The translations under genes and the position numbers were made by a program. This document shows positions 22,775 through 26,565 of a DNA stretch of 26,565 bases, one piece after another; positions within the stretch are counted from its first letter, which is position 1; every line of letters starts with the position of its first letter. This DNA comes from Candidatus Coatesbacteria bacterium (GTDB taxonomy: Bacteria; Oederibacteriota; CAKKQC01). The stretch spans positions 1 through 26,565 of the forward strand of contig JAHFSL010000001.1 of assembly GCA_023265785.1 (NCBI GenBank), in the 5' to 3' direction. Below the pieces are notes generated by a model. That model had not been told where the DNA came from and did not search any database. It saw nothing but the letters and a program-made list of their open reading frames with translations.

Positions 22775-24103
22775 ATGGAAGCAACGATTGATATTCGGAC
22801 CGCTGACGGCAACGTCAATATCCTGCTGGAGGATGCCCAGGTCGGGCAGTTGCGCGAGGTCCTGGTGGACCTCTCGCTGGCCACCAGCGCGGTCTTTGCC
22901 ATGCTGATTGACGCGGCCGGGCGCGTCGTGGCCACGGGCGGCCAGACGAGCGAATTCGAGCTGGAGGCTATTGCGGCCCTGGCCGCCGGCGACCTGGCAA
23001 CCACCCGCCAGCTGGCCTCCATGCTCAACGAGCCCGAATTCTCGCTCCTCTTCCAGCACGAGAAGCAGAAGAACCTCTTCATGACCGCCATTGAGAGCGA
23101 CGCGATCCTGATCGTGGTCTTCGACGTGGACACGACGTTCGGGGCCCTGCGCCTGCGGATTCGCCGGTCCATTTCCCAGCTCTCGTCCATCCTGCACCAG
23201 GCCAAACGCAACACGCTGGTCGCGTTGTCCTCCTCCTCGGCGATCTCGGGCGCCGAGGATCTCCATGCGGGGGATGACCTCTCGGCGGTGGCCGAGCCGG
23301 AGGCTCCGCCGCCGATGGAAACCCGGGCGGCACCGGTTGCGCCCGCGCCCCGGGGGCCGGTGGCGGAGGCGGTCCCCTCCGAGTCACCGGGACCCGACGC
23401 CGGCGTGGTGGCGCCGCCGCCCGCTCCGGCGATGGCGTCCGGCCTTCCGGAGAACCTCGTCGCCGAGATGCGCAAGGCCCTGGGCTGGTTCGAGACCTTC
23501 CAGGGGTGGAAACTGGTCTTTGCCGACGAGATTGAATTCCTCCAGCGGGGCATCGAGCGCGGCCGGGCGGAAGAGACGGAGACCCTCCGCTCCATTTTCC
23601 TGCGGACGCGGGCCCGGCTCACGGAGCAAAAGCGCCTGCTGGAGGCGCGGTTCCGGCTGATCCAGAGCCTCTACCAGCAGTTCGTCGTCTCACTCCAGAC
23701 GACGATGGCGGGCGCGTGGCACGACGAGATCGTGGACCGCGCGATGAAGGCCGCGTTCTCCGGCGTGGGCCAGGACCACAATCTGGTGGGCTCGGGTGTG
23801 TCCAAGCGGGAGGGGGCCTGGAGCTTCGACTTCCAGCTCATCGGCAAACAGCTGGTGACGGTCTGCCACAGCCGCGGCTGGACCTACCACCAGGGGATGC
23901 TGGAGGTCCTGCGGCAGTTGAACGCGGCACTGTCGGCGCTGTCCGCATTTATCATCGAGGACGCCAAACTGCGCGAGGAACTCACCCGGCAGTGGGCCCG
24001 GCTGTACCGCCACTATGCCGATGGACTCAAGACCCTCGAGCTGGAGGCGGAGGTCCTTGACCTCTTCCGCCCCCTTGTCCGGACCGGCTCGCTTCCTAAA
24101 TAG
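22775..24103 (+). CDS. MglB/roadblock domain fused via a Pro/Ala-rich linker to an unknown helical domain
   Basis: ATG 22775 after TAGGA. AMLIDAAGRVVATGGQT, AIAALAAGDLATTRQLASMLNEPEFSLLFQ, NLFMT, ILIVVFD..TTFGALRLRIRR are canonical MglB features. The C-terminal ~220 aa are not recognised. Confidence 0.82.
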   Translation: MEATIDIRTADGNVNILLEDAQVGQLREVLVDLSLATSAVFAMLIDAAGRVVATGGQTSEFELEAIAALAAGDLATTRQLASMLNEPEFSLLFQHEKQKNLFMTAIESDAILIVVFDVDTTFGALRLRIRRSISQLSSILHQAKRNTLVALSSSSAISGAEDLHAGDDLSAVAEPEAPPPMETRAAPVAPAPRGPVAEAVPSESPGPDAGVVAPPPAPAMASGLPENLVAEMRKALGWFETFQGWKLVFADEIEFLQRGIERGRAEETETLRSIFLRTRARLTEQKRLLEARFRLIQSLYQQFVVSLQTTMAGAWHDEIVDRAMKAAFSGVGQDHNLVGSGVSKREGAWSFDFQLIGKQLVTVCHSRGWTYHQGMLEVLRQLNAALSALSAFIIEDAKLREELTRQWARLYRHYADGLKTLELEAEVLDLFRPLVRTGSLPK

Positions 24104-24115
24104 AAAGAGCCCCCG

Positions 24116-25288
24116 TCACCAGCGGATCGGTTCCTCGGTGGCCTGAACCCCGGCCTCGGCGCGGGCCTTCTTGAGCAATTCGTTGGCGGCCTTCATGAGG
24201 GTCCGGGCGTCCTCGAATTTCGCGGCGGTGATCGCGGCCTGCGCCTCCGCCAGCCGCCTGCGGCCCTTGTCCACCGTGGCCCCGGCCTGCCGGTTGGGGG
24301 GCGCCCCGGGCGGCTGGATCGTATCGAACCCGGAGCCGATAACATCGGCGAAGGAGCGCAATTTCTCCTTGCGGGTTTCCTCGACCTGCCGGCCCAGAAC
24401 CACCAGCTTGTCGCGCACCTGGCGTGACAGGTCCTCGGCGTTGTCAAAATTGCCCGCCTTCAACTCGCCCTCGGCGCCCGCGAGGTCCGTGGTCACATCT
24501 TTCACCTCCTCGGGCGGCAGGACATCGGCGCCGATCTTGACGAGGTCCTTCAGCTCCTTGCGCGCCGCCTCGAGGACCCGGCCCGCGCCGTGCTGGCGCA
24601 CGGTGTCCGTGGCGGCCCAGGGCGCGACATTGTAGGCGGAGGGGAAGGTCGCCGCCGCGCCGCCCGCAGGGGGCAGGACCAGGTCGTACCGGCCCGGCGC
24701 CAGGTCGGAGGCGACGACCAGGGTGACCGAGGGCAGGACGCCGTCCGCCCCGATCCGGACCGGGTCGTGGACCGTCGCGGCCCGGCCCAGGTGGATGGAG
24801 TCCGCGGCGATGAACGCGCCCTTGGGGAACCCCGTTCCCGCCAGCGTGAACACCATGCCGACAAATCCGCCGAGCGGCACGGCCTTGTTGGTCCGCCAGG
24901 TCGCCCCGGCCCGGCCGTCGCCGATGGGCGGGTCCAGCGTGACCACGGGCCGGACCAGGTAGGCCGCCCGGAAGACCGCCGGCGCGCCCGCCATGATCCG
25001 GGCATCGTGCCTGCCGGCGGGCAGGGCGCCGGCCAGCAGGACCAGGGTGGGCGGCAGGGCGCCGGTGGCGTCGGTCAGCAGGTCGCCGGGACCCGCCTCC
25101 ACGCCGCCGATTTCGATGAAGACGCTGGTGGAGGGGGCCAGGCCCGACCCGGCGATGCGCAGGACCTCGCCGGCACGGCCCGACCCCGTCGGCGGGGTGA
25201 TGCTGAATTGGGGCGCGGCCTGCGCCGCTCCCGCGATGGCGGCACAGGCCAGGAGGGTGGCGGGCTTAAGGTTCACGGGAAAATACAT
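24116..25288 (-). CDS. Secreted protein with two Ig-like repeats and a C-terminal helical bundle
   Basis: Signal peptide ...KPATLLACAAIAGAAQA. Internal duplication PPTGSGRAG...AGSG...GALP...GRHD...FRAAYLVRP versus PPIGDGRAG...AGTG...GVLP...GRYD...FPSAYNVAP. Charged helical tail. Alternative start GTG 25276. Confidence 0.65.
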   Translation of the reverse strand: MYFPVNLKPATLLACAAIAGAAQAAPQFSITPPTGSGRAGEVLRIAGSGLAPSTSVFIEIGGVEAGPGDLLTDATGALPPTLVLLAGALPAGRHDARIMAGAPAVFRAAYLVRPVVTLDPPIGDGRAGATWRTNKAVPLGGFVGMVFTLAGTGFPKGAFIAADSIHLGRAATVHDPVRIGADGVLPSVTLVVASDLAPGRYDLVLPPAGGAAATFPSAYNVAPWAATDTVRQHGAGRVLEAARKELKDLVKIGADVLPPEEVKDVTTDLAGAEGELKAGNFDNAEDLSRQVRDKLVVLGRQVEETRKEKLRSFADVIGSGFDTIQPPGAPPNRQAGATVDKGRRRLAEAQAAITAAKFEDARTLMKAANELLKKARAEAGVQATEEPIRW

Positions 25289-25346
25289 TGTATCGCCCGC
25301 GGTCCGGTGGTGCCCGGATGGGACGCCCCTGTAGCATAGGACCGGC

Positions 25347-26207
25347 ATGGCGATGCGAATTGTGCGGTCCATCACCTCGATGCGTGCGCTGGCGGAACGC
25401 TGGCGGCGCACCCGAGCACGCGTGGGGCTGGTGCCGACCATGGGCGCCCTGCACGCCGGTCATCTCGCGCTGGTGGCCGCCGCCCGGCGGGCCAGCGACC
25501 GGGTGGTCGTGAGCGTGTTCGTGAATCCCTCCCAGTTCGGGCCGCGCGAGGACTTCGCCCGCTACCCGCGTACGCCCGCCGCCGATGCCCGGCTCCTCCG
25601 CCGGGCCGGGGTGGACGCCCTGTTCCTGCCGGCGGTGGCCGCCATGGATCCGCCGGGCGGGGCGACCGTGGTGGAGGTGGGCGGTTCGTTGACCCGGGGC
25701 CTGTGTGCCCCGTTCCGGCCCGGCCATTTCCGGGGGGTCGCCACCGTGGTGGCCAGGCTATTCGCCATCATCCGGCCCCATGCGGCCTGGTTCGGCCGCA
25801 AGGATGCCCAGCAGGCGGCGGTCCTGGGCCGGATGGCCCGGGACCTGCATTTCGGGATCGCGGTGCACACCGTGCCGACGGTGCGGGAACCGGACGGGCT
25901 CGCGCGCTCTTCCCGCAACCGCGCCCTCCTTCCGGCCCAGCGTGCGGCCGCGCCCGTTCTTCACGAGGCACTGGCGCTCGCCGCGGCCGCCGTGCGCGGG
26001 GGCGCGCGCACCCGGGGCGCCGTCCTGGGGCCGGCCCGGCGCCGCCTCGCCCGGGTCCCGGGCCTGCGCGTACAATATCTGGACCTCGTGGACGCCGCGA
26101 CGCTCGCTCCCGCCTCCCGGCCCGCCGGCCGGCTCCTGCTGGCCGCCGCCATCCACCTCGGCCGGACCCGGTTGATTGACAACCGGGCCGTCCGGGCCCC
26201 GCGCTGA
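25347..26207 (+). CDS. panC: Pantoate--beta-alanine ligase
   Basis: VPTMGALHAGHLAL, SVFVNPSQFG, RPGHFRGVATVV, FGRKDAQQ, REPDGLARSSRN, RLIDN. Alternative start 25353. Confidence 0.96.
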   Translation: MAMRIVRSITSMRALAERWRRTRARVGLVPTMGALHAGHLALVAAARRASDRVVVSVFVNPSQFGPREDFARYPRTPAADARLLRRAGVDALFLPAVAAMDPPGGATVVEVGGSLTRGLCAPFRPGHFRGVATVVARLFAIIRPHAAWFGRKDAQQAAVLGRMARDLHFGIAVHTVPTVREPDGLARSSRNRALLPAQRAAAPVLHEALALAAAAVRGGARTRGAVLGPARRRLARVPGLRVQYLDLVDAATLAPASRPAGRLLLAAAIHLGRTRLIDNRAVRAPR

Positions 26208-26233
26208 CGGGGAACGGCGGCGGGCGTCAAGGC

Positions 26234-26565
26234 ATGATGCGCATCCTGCTCAAGTCCAAGATTCACGGCGGCGCGGTGACCGCCACCCGCCTGCACTATC
26301 GCGGTTCCATCACCATCGCCGCCGAGGTCATGGACGCGGCGAATCTGGTGGCCGACGAACAGGTGCATGTCCTGAATCTCAATACCGGTGACCGGCTCGA
26401 GACCTACTGCATCCGGGGGCGGCGGGCCAGCGGGAAGCTGGAATTGAACGGGCCGGCGGCCCGGCTGGGCCAGCCGGGCGACCCCCTGATCATCCTGGCC
26501 TACGGGCTGTTCGTCGATGGCGAGGCATCGCGGCCCCGGATCGTCCTCCTGGGCCCCCGCAACCG
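26234..26565 (+). CDS. panD: Aspartate 1-decarboxylase (3'-truncated by the window edge; absent from the ORF track)
   Basis: MMRILLKSKIH (K9, H11), YRG-SIT self-cleavage site G24-S25, RLETY (T57-Y58), NGPAARL, GDPLIILAY. No stop before the window end. Confidence 0.95.
   Translation, partial: MMRILLKSKIHGGAVTATRLHYRGSITIAAEVMDAANLVADEQVHVLNLNTGDRLETYCIRGRRASGKLELNGPAARLGQPGDPLIILAYGLFVDGEASRPRIVLLGPRN

Noticed and set aside
4268-24103. Genome-wide reassignment of TAG (alternative genetic code or pyrrolysine)
   Set aside because: TAG ends several genes at natural family C-termini with the next gene immediately adjacent (4268, 6062, 15050, 20865, 21684). No pyl gene or suppressor tRNA is visible in the window.

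Overview
A very GC-rich (roughly 70% by eye), gene-dense bacterial chromosomal segment with about 27 protein-coding genes. I saw no rRNA, tRNA, CRISPR array, transposase or phage gene. In order: (1) a + strand carbohydrate operon (GNAT-like fragment, clan GH-A glycosidase with CBM9-like tail, SDR epimerase/dehydrogenase, PL22/Ogl-like lyase); (2) two tandem PilB/GspE ATPases with MshEN N-termini; (3) a CAP/SCP protein head-to-head with a lipoprotein; (4) an M23 peptidase-parA-parB run followed by an HTH-REC regulator; (5) mqnD coupled to an NtrC-family sigma54 activator; (6) directly behind it, two candidate enhancer sites 21 bp apart and a consensus sigma54 promoter in front of a five-gene operon (stand-alone FlgD-like Ig domain, secreted repeat protein with FlgD-like tail, PorV/PorQ-like barrel, DHp-less sensor pseudokinase, REC-histidine kinase); (7) a candidate polarity module (tandem DUF4388/PATAN-like protein, two paralogous 3-TM proteins, MglA, an MglB interrupted by an in-frame TAG, an MglB fusion); (8) a secreted Ig-repeat protein; (9) panC-panD. 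Several operons appear to start with leaderless mRNAs. The lipoprotein, outer-membrane barrel, sigma54, futalosine pathway and MglAB point to a diderm bacterium, but the lineage cannot be fixed from this window. All family assignments come from motif recognition by eye, not database searches. The best candidates for undescribed systems are the Mgl/PATAN/membrane-pair module and the sigma54-controlled FlgD-CTD/PorV-like operon.
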